Assembly: GCA_001244265.2 (NCBI GenBank)
Contig: CDLV01000012.1
Coordinates: 186,001-250,000 of the forward strand
Direction: 5' to 3'
From: Microbotryum violaceum
Lineage: Eukaryota
DNA: 64,000 nt
Shown here: positions 13,501 through 25,394 of the stretch, one piece after another
Position numbering within the stretch: the stretch's first letter is position 1
Layout of the letters: each line of letters opens with the position of its first letter
The notes under the pieces: model-generated
Seen by the model: the letters and a program-made list of their open reading frames with translations, nothing else
Database searches by the model: none
What the model was told of the DNA's origin: nothing
Made by a program: the position numbers and the translations under genes

Positions 13501-15566
13501 TGAGCTTCTGCGAGTCTGCAAATATAAGAGAAGTTACCCGAATCAGCTTCGGAGAAATGAGAGCCAAATGCAGAAACCAGGACTCACTGCTTGTGACCCG
13601 AAGCCAACTTGACCCAATACTCGTCATCAAACTTCTTCCCTTGGCCCTTGATGCGCACCCCAGGCTGATGATGCGGGCTCGCTTCGTCCTCGCGCTGCAT
13701 CGCCGCCAACGCGGCCTTATTCTCGTCCTGCATCTTGGTCTCAAGTTCGACGATCTCCCTGTACGCGCGCTTGAGCTGAGCGACAATCGGGTTCTCCGAA
13801 GGTGCGGCCGGTGGTGCAGGTGCCTCTTCGGGCGCCGAGGCGCTCGTAGCCGCCGTTTCGTTGGCGGTCTGGTCCGCATTCGTTTGCGATGCAGTTGAGC
13901 TGGCGACCGAGACGAGGATCCTTGAATCGGTGGCCCCAACGGCGTTCTTTCTCGACGAAGCGCTCGGCCCTCCTCCACCTCCTCCGGCAGCTCCAGCTCC
14001 CTGGGCGAACTTGACGGGATCGTCCCTGCGAGGGTCGAACAGCTGTCTTGAAGAGCCCGTACCCGGTGCATTCGAAGTCGGGGTCGCTGGGATCGTGCCT
14101 AGATTAGATGTGCTTCCCACGGGGTTCAGCGAATCGCCGTCGTCCCCTCCGCCAGCGCGTCGCTTGCCCGAGCCGGGAACATCGTCCCTCCGACTTCGGC
14201 GGGGTCTTCCCCCTTCCTTGGACGCCCTGCTTGCTGACCTAGCGCCGCTGATAACGCTGTCCTCGGATTCGATGCTGTCCTTGCTCTCCCTCATGACCCT
14301 GCGCCCCAAGTCGAGGGGATCGACGATGTCCCTCTTGCTCCTCTGTTTGCGCGAGGCCGAGGTCGTCGAAGCCGCGGTCCCGAGGGAGGTCGTCGAGGCG
14401 ATACGATCGTCCCCCCTCCGTCTCGCTGTGTTCGAAGCGGTCGAGGACGAAAGGATGGGTTCATTGGGTGCATCGGGGTTGAACAAGTTGCGCGCCGCGG
14501 ACGAGGTGGGGCACCGGGAGGGAGTGCCTCGATCAAAGTCGGCGTCGTACTTGGGTTCATGGTGGTGGGATGGCGGCGGCTGCGACGAGTGGTGTTGGTT
14601 GGGATGGTCCCGTTTTGAACGATGGGGAGGCCCAGGAGCCGGAGCCGAGGAAGAACAAGCGGTGGGGAGTATCGGCAAGGAGACGTGCGAGCCTACGGGT
14701 CGCGACTTGCGCTCCGAGTGGGGGTTGGGGTGGTGGTGAGGATGGGTATACGCCGCGGATGGGTGAGGAGACGAGTGGTTCAGATTCGAAGAGGGAAGAT
14801 GAAACTGCTGGTGGTGGTGGTGCGGGATGTGGTGCGGATGCTGAGAGCCAGGCTGGGCGAACTTGGCGCCTGCGGAGTGACGGTGGAACGCTGCTCCGAG
14901 AGGCGGCGGTGGCAGCGACGGATTGTTTGAGTACGAGTGCAGCGACGACATGGTCGTGGATGGACTGGCGGGCATTTCGAACGATGCCAGTGATGTGGTC
15001 GACGAGTGGGGTCTGAGCAACAGCGACTGATTCGAGGAGGACGCCGCCGTCCCGGCGCTCGCACTCGCACTCGCACTCGCGCTGGCTATTAGTGCCGTCC
15101 GTCGCGAAACCGCAGCACCCGCGAGACTCGGAATCCCATTCGAGTTGACATTCCTCGGCGAGCCCTTCATATTGGGATCTACGGTCGGCTTGGGTCTCGA
15201 GGAGGAGAAGGCAGAGTACTCGTCACGCTGTGCCTGGTGGTGGTGGTGGTGGTTCCTGTGGGTCGCACCAGCTGCATTCCCTCCTCTGAGCCAGTGATCG
15301 GCGACGGCGACGACGGCCTTTGCTGCGCGTCTCCGAGGTCCTGTACCACTGGCTTGCGACGATGATGTTGGTGTCGAGTCGACAGCATGTTGTGTCATCG
15401 ATGGTTGGCCATACCGGTTCGAGTGGGGATGCTGGGTGGGCTGGTTCGAGCGCAGTGGTCCCGGTGGTGGAGGTGGTGCTGCTGCTGCTGCTGCTTGCGC
15501 GGCGCATTCGAATGGCACGGCATTGACCGACAGGCCACCGACCGCGTTCGCAGACACGTTCGCCAT
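10578..15566 (-). CDS. SMG6/Est1-family protein (EST1 14-3-3-like domain plus C-terminal PIN nuclease)
   Basis: EST1 motifs KYNIPTRLW, WIEQLGDLARYR and PGTGRLHHHLALL. PIN motifs VFDTNILL, VITELDGL, DDVIL and LVTFDRNLRLKA. Long disordered N-terminus. Confidence 0.88.
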
Positions 15567-17128
15567 CCTTGATCTGGACGTCGGGGAAGGGAGTTTCACC
15601 GCTGCATCACCTTTGGGTCCTGTTGAAGTTCGAGCCGAATCAGTTAGAAGTGAGCGCGCAGTGGATGACGTGCAAGAGCAAGACGGAGCTCAGCGCGAGA
15701 CGGGGGATGTTACCTTCGGACCCGAGCACTCGAGCTCGCACACATGCATGCGCATTGCGCACACACAAGTCAGCCGCGCCCCAAGTCAGCTGCTCCCCCC
15801 GCTGTCCCCCGGCACTGGGCGGCCCGGCCTGCCAGCAGCAGGACCCGGCTGTCTGTCAGGCGCGCGTGCGCTTCCGTGCCATCGCCACTTCGTTTCCTGA
15901 GCTGGCTTGCCCTCGCATCTCCCAAGCGTGCCCACTCTGCCGGTCCCATCCTCCCATGCGCAGCACGGCTTTGTCACGCCTGCCCGCTGCCAAGAGATTC
16001 CGACATTTGCCCTCCGTTTAGAGTTCTCCCTTGAATCGTAGGCTGTCGTGCTAAGGTACCGGTAGCTCTTGTGCTAATCACAGAACTATAAGTACCTAAA
16101 ATCTGACATTAGGTACTGCCAATTTTGTTCGATTCCAACTGCCCACAGCCAGCAATTGAGTGTCGTTCGCCCCCCTGCCTCGCTTGCACGGAGTCCACCT
16201 TTCCATTCTTGAGGCGATCCAATGCCGCAAGTTGTGCACCTCTTCAAGAGCTTCTTTAGCTATGCTGCAGTATGTTTTAAGCTCCGCAAAATGTTTCATT
16301 GTCTGGAAGAAAGAAAAGCTGAAAGTGTGGGATCTTCAAGTCGCTTAGCAAGCACGCCAGGGTCAGAGGAGCGCTCTCGATCCGCAGCAACTCCAAATCA
16401 CCAAATCAATTCTCCACTGATGTCAGAGCTGCGCTGTGAACAGTCTCTGCGCTCTATTTCATCCCGTCACATTGACCAAAAAGTTCGTCAGCTTTCCCAG
16501 TCATGGCATTGCATCTCCGGAAGTCAGGGACGTCGACGCCAGCGCTGGCTGCGGACTGGAATTCGACCCCGCCGTGCGAGCAGCATCATCGAACCGAGAT
16601 ATCGACCCACTTTAAGGGAGGACGGCTCGGGACCGATGAAATCACCACCAGACTCTTACTGGATCAAGCACACCTCACGGGAGAATGGATGCGGCTCCAA
16701 AAAAGAGAGTCAGCGTGAGTGCCGAGTCGGAGGCTTCGAACGTGCCTTGAAGGAGCCTTAATGGAGGCTTGATGGCGCCCCACATGAAGCGGTCTCAGCT
16801 CAGCCAGCCCAACAGGGCTCTGGGAGAGCGGCACTATCTCTCACGTCATTCGGCCTGAAACGGGTTTCAAAAACTTGAAATGCAGACTGATCACCCTCCA
16901 CCACTTCCAGGTCCCACAAGCAACAGAGTAGCTACGAACGGGGTCCGACATGGGGAGCTCATCGGTTCCGCGCGGCCTTCGGGCTCCGGGCATCTGCTCG
17001 GTCCCTTCGCCTCCACATGCTTTGCTTAGGACCCATCGTGGATCCCATCGCGCTTGCCCCTCTCTTCTCTTCTTCTTCAAGAAAGCTGAACCTCGCGCCC
17101 TTTGGCCCCCATCTCACCATCCACCACC

Positions 17129-18115
17129 ATGCCCTCAACCTTCCCCACCTCCTCAGCATCAAGCTTCCCCGGGCCTTTTCGAATCGCCATCATTGGCCTA
17201 GGCGGCATCGGTTCAACCTTTGCCTTCCGACTCTCCTCCAAAGGACACCATGAGATCACCGCCATCGTCCGTCCCAAATCAAAGCGCTACGACCAACTTT
17301 CCACTTCTAAAGCCATACTCACTACGTCCAAAGAATCAGCTCCCTTGAGCTCAGTGGAGCAGGCTCTAGACCCGACGATCGAGTACGATCTCGTCATCGT
17401 CACTTTATTGGCTCATCAAGTCCAAGGAAACGTCCTCGAGGCTCTACGACGATCCAAAGCTAAAGGTATTTTGTTCATGTTCAACCAAGTTGACCCCGAA
17501 GGATTATCACGCGCCGTACTCGAACCGACCTCGGAAAACTCCTCTTCAAACCCGTCCTCCGCACCTCGTGTCCTCGCCTTCGGCATGCCCTTCGTCCGAG
17601 GCTTCCTCCTCCCCACCGGCGAACTCAGCCACAAGCTCGGTGCAATGGGCGTCCAATCTCTCCTCTCGCACCCCCCCTACGTAACCCTCTTCGACGCCTC
17701 CTCCCTTCCCGCCTCTCACGAACCTCAAATGAAGCGTTGGCTCGAATCCCACGTCCCTCTTTGTATCGCCTTCGAATCAATCGCGTACAAAGCCATGTCG
17801 AATAATCCACCCACAGGAAGTGGAGCGACTTGGGCTCAGGCGAAGCTTGTAGCGAAAGGAACGAGAGCCAGCTTTCGCCTCGTCGAAATCGTTCATGGAA
17901 GGCCGATTTATCCAAGCGGGAAGAAATGGTTCTCCTTTGCGCCGGTTTGGTGCATGACAGGTGTGTTGTGGGGGATGTCAAAGATTCCTAGTTTTAGGGA
18001 ACTGTTGGCTATGGGCGTGGAGGAGAGCAGGTGGTTAGTCGATAAATTGATTGAGAGGGGGGAGAAGGAGGGGAAGGAGGAGTTGTTGAGCGCTGTTAGG
18101 GCGATGAGGCCCTAG
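17129..18115 (+). CDS. Ketopantoate reductase-like (ApbA/PanE family) oxidoreductase, intronless
   Basis: Rossmann motif IAIIGLGGIGS, plus YDLVIVTLLAHQV, ILFMFN, FGMPFV and WLESHVPLC, in one uninterrupted ORF. Confidence 0.8.
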   Translation: MPSTFPTSSASSFPGPFRIAIIGLGGIGSTFAFRLSSKGHHEITAIVRPKSKRYDQLSTSKAILTTSKESAPLSSVEQALDPTIEYDLVIVTLLAHQVQGNVLEALRRSKAKGILFMFNQVDPEGLSRAVLEPTSENSSSNPSSAPRVLAFGMPFVRGFLLPTGELSHKLGAMGVQSLLSHPPYVTLFDASSLPASHEPQMKRWLESHVPLCIAFESIAYKAMSNNPPTGSGATWAQAKLVAKGTRASFRLVEIVHGRPIYPSGKKWFSFAPVWCMTGVLWGMSKIPSFRELLAMGVEESRWLVDKLIERGEKEGKEELLSAVRAMRP

Positions 18116-18272
18116 TAGAATTCTTGAACTGAGAAATTCGCTCTCTGTTCGTCTTGAGTGAAGTTTACAAGTGTTGCATATCAATGTTCTTTCGAAATCG
18201 GGTAGAAGGTCCGTCAGGAGACGATATTGTGATGTGATTCCTCTCTCTTCCAGACCAGCACACAATGTCTCC

Positions 18273-19648
18273 TTAATCCATCCTAGCCTTCAACCACCTC
18301 TGCGTGACCTTGTCCTACATGATACGCAAGCCAAACCGAGTATCAGTAAACTATTCTCTCGCCACAGGCCCCCTCTCTCTCCGCAAGTGATCAAAAGCAA
18401 ACGCACCTTCTCAATCAACCACACCTTGGCCCCCCACCCGGAATAAGCATCGCGGTCGATCGCGTTCAACAACGTCTGCGAAATGGTTTCGAACAAATCC
18501 TCGACCTCCAACTCGGGTTCCCACAGGCTCTCGGCCATGCCGAACAGCTTTTCGGACGCCGTGCCGGCGACGACAAAGTCCTTCAGAGTTTCGTGGGTGG
18601 GAGAGGGGGGGGGGATCAGTATGGCCGAGGGGTGGATGCAAGAATGGTGACGTGCTCATGAATTACCTTTGCAAAGTTGATGCACCCGATCAAGTCCATG
18701 GCGCAGATGAAGGGCTTGTCCTCGGCATCGAGGCCTGGTGGGAGGGAGGCAACGCGCGGGAGAATCAGTACTAGGTTCCATCTGCCTGATCCGCATCTCG
18801 TTGGCTTCCTCACCTGCGATGACGGGTTCGATGAAAAAGGGTCCAAATCTGTGCATCGGGTACACCGTTACGCGATCGTGAGCACACTTGCACCACACCG
18901 CATGGTCCTACCCCACCTCTCCCTCCTGCTCCCCCTCCTCACCGTCACGTATCGGCTGCAACCCTTCCCTTCTAACTCACCTCCGCTCGTACAGGGTCGA
19001 GCTAACCAAATGCGCGAACGTCTGGGGTTCGATTGTCCTCTCTTCCTTCATCGCGTAGAGGTTGATCCTCTGACGCAGCTTGTCCCGCACGGTGAACGTA
19101 TCCGACGCCAAGCCGGGCAGACCAAAGTAGGTCTTTTCGGTCGCTGCGAACACCTGGGGGAGGGGATCAAGATGGGGGTGTTAGTTCTCGATCGAGAGTG
19201 AGGGGAGAGAGTGTTCCCAAGGTACCTTTTCGTGGTTGCAAGCGATGGTCAGGGCTTGATTCCCGAGTCGGAGGTCGCACGCGATTGCCACGCAGTCCTT
19301 GCCGACCATGGCCAGGCACGAGCCCTGAAGGAACCAGGTCAAACAAGTCGGTCAACATGACGTGAAGAAAAGGGAGGCGTGGAGGTTTGCAAGAACGAAG
19401 CGAGGAAGCAAACGAAGGGCGTCGAGTGGGGGATGACGAAGCTCCCTTCCTGCTCCCTTCCTGCTCCCTTCCTCCCCCGCTTCTGCTCGTCCTCTGTGCT
19501 CCCCTCAGTGCCCGTTTTCACAGTTTGTGCAGATACTAACGCCATTCAATTCCATAGCACTCTGTTCAGAATATCCAACGCAATAACGGGTCAGTAACGC
19601 TCCTGCGGTGACGAGGCGCAAAGTGACGTGGACCACCGGACTGACCAT
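18273..19648 (-). CDS. PUP3: 20S proteasome subunit beta-3
   Basis: M|SAMELNG|GSCLAMVGKDCVAIACDLRLG...FGPFFIEPVIAG...DFVVAGTASEKLFGMAESLWEP...DRDAYSGWGA...DKVTQRWLKARMD*. The first exon is ATG only. Confidence 0.96.
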
Positions 19649-20035
19649 GATGAATGAGGGGCTTAGGAGCGGGTGCAAGACAAGCTTAAGAGGTGGAGGA
19701 GCAGGAGAGTGGGGTGATCTTGAGGTGTCCCGTCAAGGGGCGTAGGGCGACTGGTCGTGCGATGGGATCGGGTGAGCAGAGACGGGACGAGAGATGAACT
19801 TGAGCTGCTGGTCATGGCGACGCGCGTCGATTTCACGTCGGCCGCTCGGACCCCGTCTCGAGAGTCGAACTCGGTACTCGGGCACTCTCCGACCGCACTA
19901 GTCCTCAACACCGGCGAAGAAGGAAGGGAATAATACCAGCACTTTACATGGCATTTTTACAAGCTCAAATACAAAGAGTTACCACTACCTTATCCCCTCT
20001 ACAAACGGCTCTCATCACCGACCACTTCTCAGCGA

Positions 20036-21359
20036 TCATCCCAGAGCCGAATACCCTGACCGAGTCGAGCCTCGCCCTGCATGGTACAGGCATTTGACCC
20101 AGAGTCAGCGGAGAGCTCTTCAGACTTTACATCCCACGCAGCCATCCCACGCAGCTGAGAACTAACCCTTGAACAAATCCCCAACGACATAGGGCAAATC
20201 CCGCCAGACATCTCGGTGAGGGATCGCGTCCCTGTGCGACGACCAAAGCGCGACCCAGCTCAGCTCGCGTGCACTTGAAAATGATTCGCAAACCGGAATT
20301 CACTCAAAGACCAAACTCACCACCCGGTCGCTCCGTATTGGGTATAGTTGTTCCAGGTTCCGAGGGCAAAGTAGGCCATCGTACCGAGGAAGAACCTGCG
20401 AGCGAAAGATCCAGATTCGATCACTCAGCTTCCATGGCCCCGCCAGTCTTCCTCTCACTCGCTACTAGCCCGAACCCACAATGTAAAGATCCACCCAAAC
20501 CACCCCATCCTATCCTTGGGCGGCGGTGCAGACCCCGGAGGTGGGGTCGAACCGGGAGCATCCTTCCCGTCGCCCGGTGTGGATGTGGTCGAGCACGCTG
20601 CGTCGGTCGTCCATTTGAGGAACAAGAGTCCTTGAAGTGCATCGTACGCTTCAAAAGTGGGTGAGGTCTAACCGTGAGAGTAAGACTTTGGTCAGTGGTG
20701 ACGATCATGGAGCGCTTTCACACTCTTTCTCGCACCCTCCAGCATTACGCTTACCTCCTTGGCCGCCGGATCGCAGTGCATCTCGAACCTCGCCGTCTGT
20801 TTGACCCCATTATACTCCCCACCGCTCATCAAAAGAATCCATCCCTTGTCTGTATTCGTTTCCCCCTGCAAAAACTCGTAGGAAAGCGGTTCGTTCGCTT
20901 TGGCGATAGGAATGACGGAGAGGATGACGTCGTCGTGGGAGGGGCGGAGGGCCCGGGCGATGGTGCATATCGACGTGTCGGGCGGACAGCTATCACCTTC
21001 TTGGGCAGGTGGATTGGACAGGGGTAGAGCACCGCAGATGGAGATGGAGTAGGTCGTCTGCGGGTGGAAGTGAGCGTTAGTGATGAGAAGCGGATCGACG
21101 CGGTGGACGGAGGGGCTGCTGACCTCGGTGGTGGTAGGGGGTGTTGGGACCGAGGTCTTGAAGGTCCGTTCTCCCGAGAGCTGTAGACCGAATGAACGGG
21201 GTCAATCGTGTCGCCTCGGCCAGCGCGTGACATGGGACTGACTGTGGAGAGATCGAACCGATCGGTCCCTAATTGCAGGGGGCTGTGGCAGTCGGGCACC
21301 TGTTGAGCCGCATGGGATACGGTTGCCAGCAGCGAGACGATGAGCGCAAACGGTAGCAT
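20036..21359 (-). CDS. ATG27: Autophagy protein Atg27-like type I membrane protein (MRH-like lumenal domain)
   Basis: Signal peptide MLPFALIVSLLATVSHA. Cys-containing lumenal part (RFDLS, LFLKWTTDAAC). TM segment, then NNYTQYGA, DAIPHRDVWRDLPY and a C-terminal YxxPhi motif GYSALG*. Confidence 0.85.
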
Positions 21360-21965
21360 CTCCACGGGCAAAGTGGCGAGCGGCGGCAGGCAGGCACAAG
21401 CACAGGGGCTACTGAAGGCAAGAGTGGCCAGCGCAGGCCACGCCAGCCTGGCCCACGAGCTTCGATCAATCGATCACCGCCCGAGCCGAATTCAGAGCCA
21501 GTCCGAAATGCCCGAAATGGGCCATCATCACGGGCGCAGGAGGGCGCAGGGCTCCAGCAGGCTCCAGCAGGCTCCAGCGGCGCTTCGGTCGTGAATTCGT
21601 GCTTGGAAAGCTCTCCTAGGCTCTCCTTCGTCGATGACTTTGGAGTCCGTCGCGCCCGTATTCAATCTTATTTCATCTTTGCTACCTTCCCAACACGTGG
21701 CCCGACGGTTTCGCCCAGTCGGACATACTCGACCGCCGCAGAAGCAGCCTGGCAGCTGATCCGTCATCGCGGTGACGATCACCGCGGACTTTGTGGGGCC
21801 ATTCGCCAGAAACCGACCGACGAACCTCGTCGCTCCAATCGCGGAGAGGGAATAGCCGGGTCGATTGTCCTGGACCACACGCTGCACCGTTATCCTCTGG
21901 CACATAGGACCTCCACCACCGTCGCTCTGGCTGGCTGGCTGGCTAGCTGGCTGGCTTCGAAGAAC

Positions 21966-24841
21966 ATGCGCGCCTCCACCTCTGCCAGCACCTCGAGCTC
22001 GACCTCCAACTCGACTGCGGCAACTACTTCCACCGCAGCGGCTTCTACCAACCGCCCGCTCGCTTCACTGGGCGCACCCAACACATCAACCCAACAACAA
22101 CAAGCTGCAGAGTTTCTCCTGCGAGCCCAACAGGGTCTGCTCACGCTGATCCACAAGGGGAACCTCGATGCGCGTCCGTCAAGGCAGACGATCCCCCCAC
22201 CCAAAGTTGGATCGTGCACGCCCTGTCGCGACGCCAAGGCTAAATGCTCCGGGGGGAAAGTGTGCTCGAGATGCATGAGCAATGGTTTGTCCAGCAGTTG
22301 CGAATACCCCGTGTTCAACAAGAGGGGGAGGAAGAGGGTTATGACTGCGTGAGTTTCGATTGGCCAGTCGGCGAGCTCCACGAAAGGAGCTTCTATCATC
22401 GGCATCCGCTCAACTTTGAATTCCACGTAATCCATCCACAGCAACATGATCCTCCTCGAATCTGTTCATCGTGATATCCAAGCGACTCAAGCACTCCTCG
22501 ATACCGCAGCTAAATCGCCGGCCCATTCGCATCCCGGAACCCTCGAAGCTCGTCGCGACTCGGGGCTCCACTCGATTCAGAACGATCGACCGCGACGATC
22601 CTCTTCGCTTTTGGGCGGCGGTGGCTCGAGCGACGGTGGGCTCATGGACGACGACACGGATCAGTCCCATGGTCATGAGGACCCGAATGATGGGGATGAA
22701 CCCTTGGTGACGGTTATCGAGAGTCCACTGGCTATATTGGCACAGTAAGTCCGGACAATTACGTGCTACACGACAATTTCACCAAGCACTTCCCTTGCCC
22801 ACTCCCAGCATGGCGAGCATCAAGATTTCCGGGACATGCGAGGCCGATACGGGGACGAGTTCAGCGACGTTGGAAAAGCCCAAGGATGAAACACCTGCAG
22901 CCTCTTACTTCGCCACTGGTCAGGCCGCGCTCACACTCGCTCTGCTACAGACCTCGATGGCTCGCCCTTGACTCCTGACCCAACCCTCTGCTCGCAGGTT
23001 TTTATCAAGCCCGAACGGACCGCGACCCACTGGTCGACCCCGTCAACCTCGGTCTTTTAACCGAATCAGAATTTAACCTTCTCGTCAACTATTACTTTGA
23101 CCACCTCCACGCCTTTGCCCTCCACCTCTGTCGCGAGATCCACACCCCTCAATTCATCCGCGACGTATCGCCCTTCCTCGCGACCGCCTTGGTTTATACC
23201 GTTTCGGCTTTCGTACCTACGTTGTCCCATCTCTCGTCATCACTCGAGACTCATGCGCTTTATCTGTCGGAGAGGATCTTCGCGCAGGGATACAAAACTC
23301 TCGAGATCGTGCAAGCGTACTGTCTGCTCTCCACCTGGTCCCCTATCGAACCCAACTGGGGCGACGATCGACGATGGTCCTGGATAGGTCAAGCGATCCG
23401 AATCGCGACCGAGATTCGGTTGGACAAACCTCTGACTTTGAGCATGCATGAGTTCTATAAGAGTGTTGGGAGGCCCGAGTTGGAGTTGGGGAAGTTGAGC
23501 GAGGATAGGGCGAGGAGTTGGACGTTGTTGTTCGTGGCGGAGACGGCGTGAGTCTCTTTCTTGATTTCTTGAAGCGAGGAGCAAATGCTGAAGAATCGGT
23601 TCCCTCCGCCTGCTAGATTATGTGTTTCCACCGGTCGTCTAGGAGCGATCCAAGGACCGCACCTGACCATGTCCTTCCGCTCCCAAGTCCCCTCCGTCGA
23701 AGCCAACGATGCGCGCTACACCGTCTGCGCAATGGAACACCTCCACCACATCTACGCCAAGGCGTTGGCATTAGCTTGGGTGCTGAAGGATGAAGCGACC
23801 AAGGGGGATCAAGGATCGAGATTAAGGGATACGTTCAATGAGAGTTGGAAGAGTGAGATGAAGGAGTGGGAAAGGCGGTGGCCGCATGCCAGTAAGACTT
23901 GACTAAGAGGGGTCTCGAAGAAACTCTCGAAATTCGCTGATGCACAGGAGCTTGCTTTCTCCACATTAGATGGCTATGTCCGATTGACGTATAGACACAA
24001 CTACACGATTCTGCTCTCCATCTCCCTTCGATTCAAAGGGAGGCCAACGCGACAGATTTTCGAGGAATGCCGTGCCTCGGGTTTGGAGACCGTGCGGATC
24101 GCGACGCAATGGCAAGGTGATTCGCTCATGTACGCCAACAACTTTATCTGCGTCAACATCGCCTATGCTGCAACCTTGGTCGTTCGAATAGAGGGTATCC
24201 TGGAGGCAACAGGTTCGTTGGACTCGGAAGGGAGGAGGGTGTGCAAGACCGCTGCGGATCTCTTGTTCGGTATGGGGAGGATGAGGCCTACGAAACGGAC
24301 GTTGCATAACCTGCATGCGACGAGGTTGATGACCCTCTTGGAGGCGACGCAACCCACGAATCATGCTTTCGAATTCGAGCCGAATCCGATGATGCAGAAT
24401 CAATACGGGATGCACTCGACCGGAACGATTGCGACACCTCCGATCTTGCATGCCGATCCTGTGCAACTTGCTCATGCGTACCTTCACTTCGGAGGCGGTC
24501 CGGACCATCATCACCACCACCAAGCAAGCCACCTTCATCCCAACCTTCGGTTCTCCCCACCAACCGGAACAAGAACAGGCACTCCACCTTCCTTCCCCTC
24601 CCCACCCTCCCTCACCCACCAAGTCTTCATCAACCAAGCAGGCCCAACCACAACGACGACCGCAGAGAATCTCTTCTCCGCGGACCCGCTCCTCTCCTCC
24701 TCCATGATCCCAGCAGCGATGAATTGGGATCTATTGACGATGGGCATTGGGATCGGTTTGCCGAATGAGACGAGTCCGGGTTTGTCCGGTTCGGATTGGT
24801 TGTATTCGATGGATCTGTCGACTCATGCGGGGGAGAGGTAG
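21966..24841 (+). CDS. Zn(II)2Cys6 transcription factor with fungal middle-homology region
   Basis: CTPCRDAKAKCSGGKVCSRCMSNGLSSSCEY, followed by WSWIGQAIRIATEIRLDK and RARSWTLLFVAE. Confidence 0.92.
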
Positions 24842-25394
24842 GGGGTGTCCTGAGCGCTTTAATTACTGATCGGACGGATATCACTATGAGCTTTCTCTTA
24901 GGATGGTCTTCACTCTTGCGCTGTTGCTATAGTATGTTTTAAATTTTGAGAAGCTCAAAATGCATTCCATCAAGCTTTTGGACACTCTGACCCATCAGAG
25001 CAGGACACCCACCCACCTGCACGAACGAGCTCATTTTGCTTCCCTCGGCGTCCTCGATATCATGAGAGGTCAAAGATCAAACTGCTCTACTCTTACAACT
25101 GCACCAAAAACATAGGATCGCTAAGACAAAAGTATGACTTCACTGATTCACTGACCCAAACTGATAATTGGCTGAAGCCTGATGATGCTCAGATCGATAA
25201 ACGACCCCACGGCCCCCCGGCCCCGCCCCAGGGAATCTCACCCGCGATTTCGACACCGCCCATTTTGTGCGTGGGCATACGAGTGGGGTTGACGTGCGGA
25301 GGTGATTGCTTCTTGACGACGTCAGACTGCGAGTTGGCTGAGTTTCTTCCATCAACTACATCTACCTCTTGGTTAGCAAATAGCTTTGGACGGT

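Noticed and set aside
16020-16761. Short ORFs in intergenic DNA (also 41500-41990, 48700-50970, 53700-54760)
   Set aside because: No domain motifs or consistent splice models. Possibly decayed genes, but not supportable.
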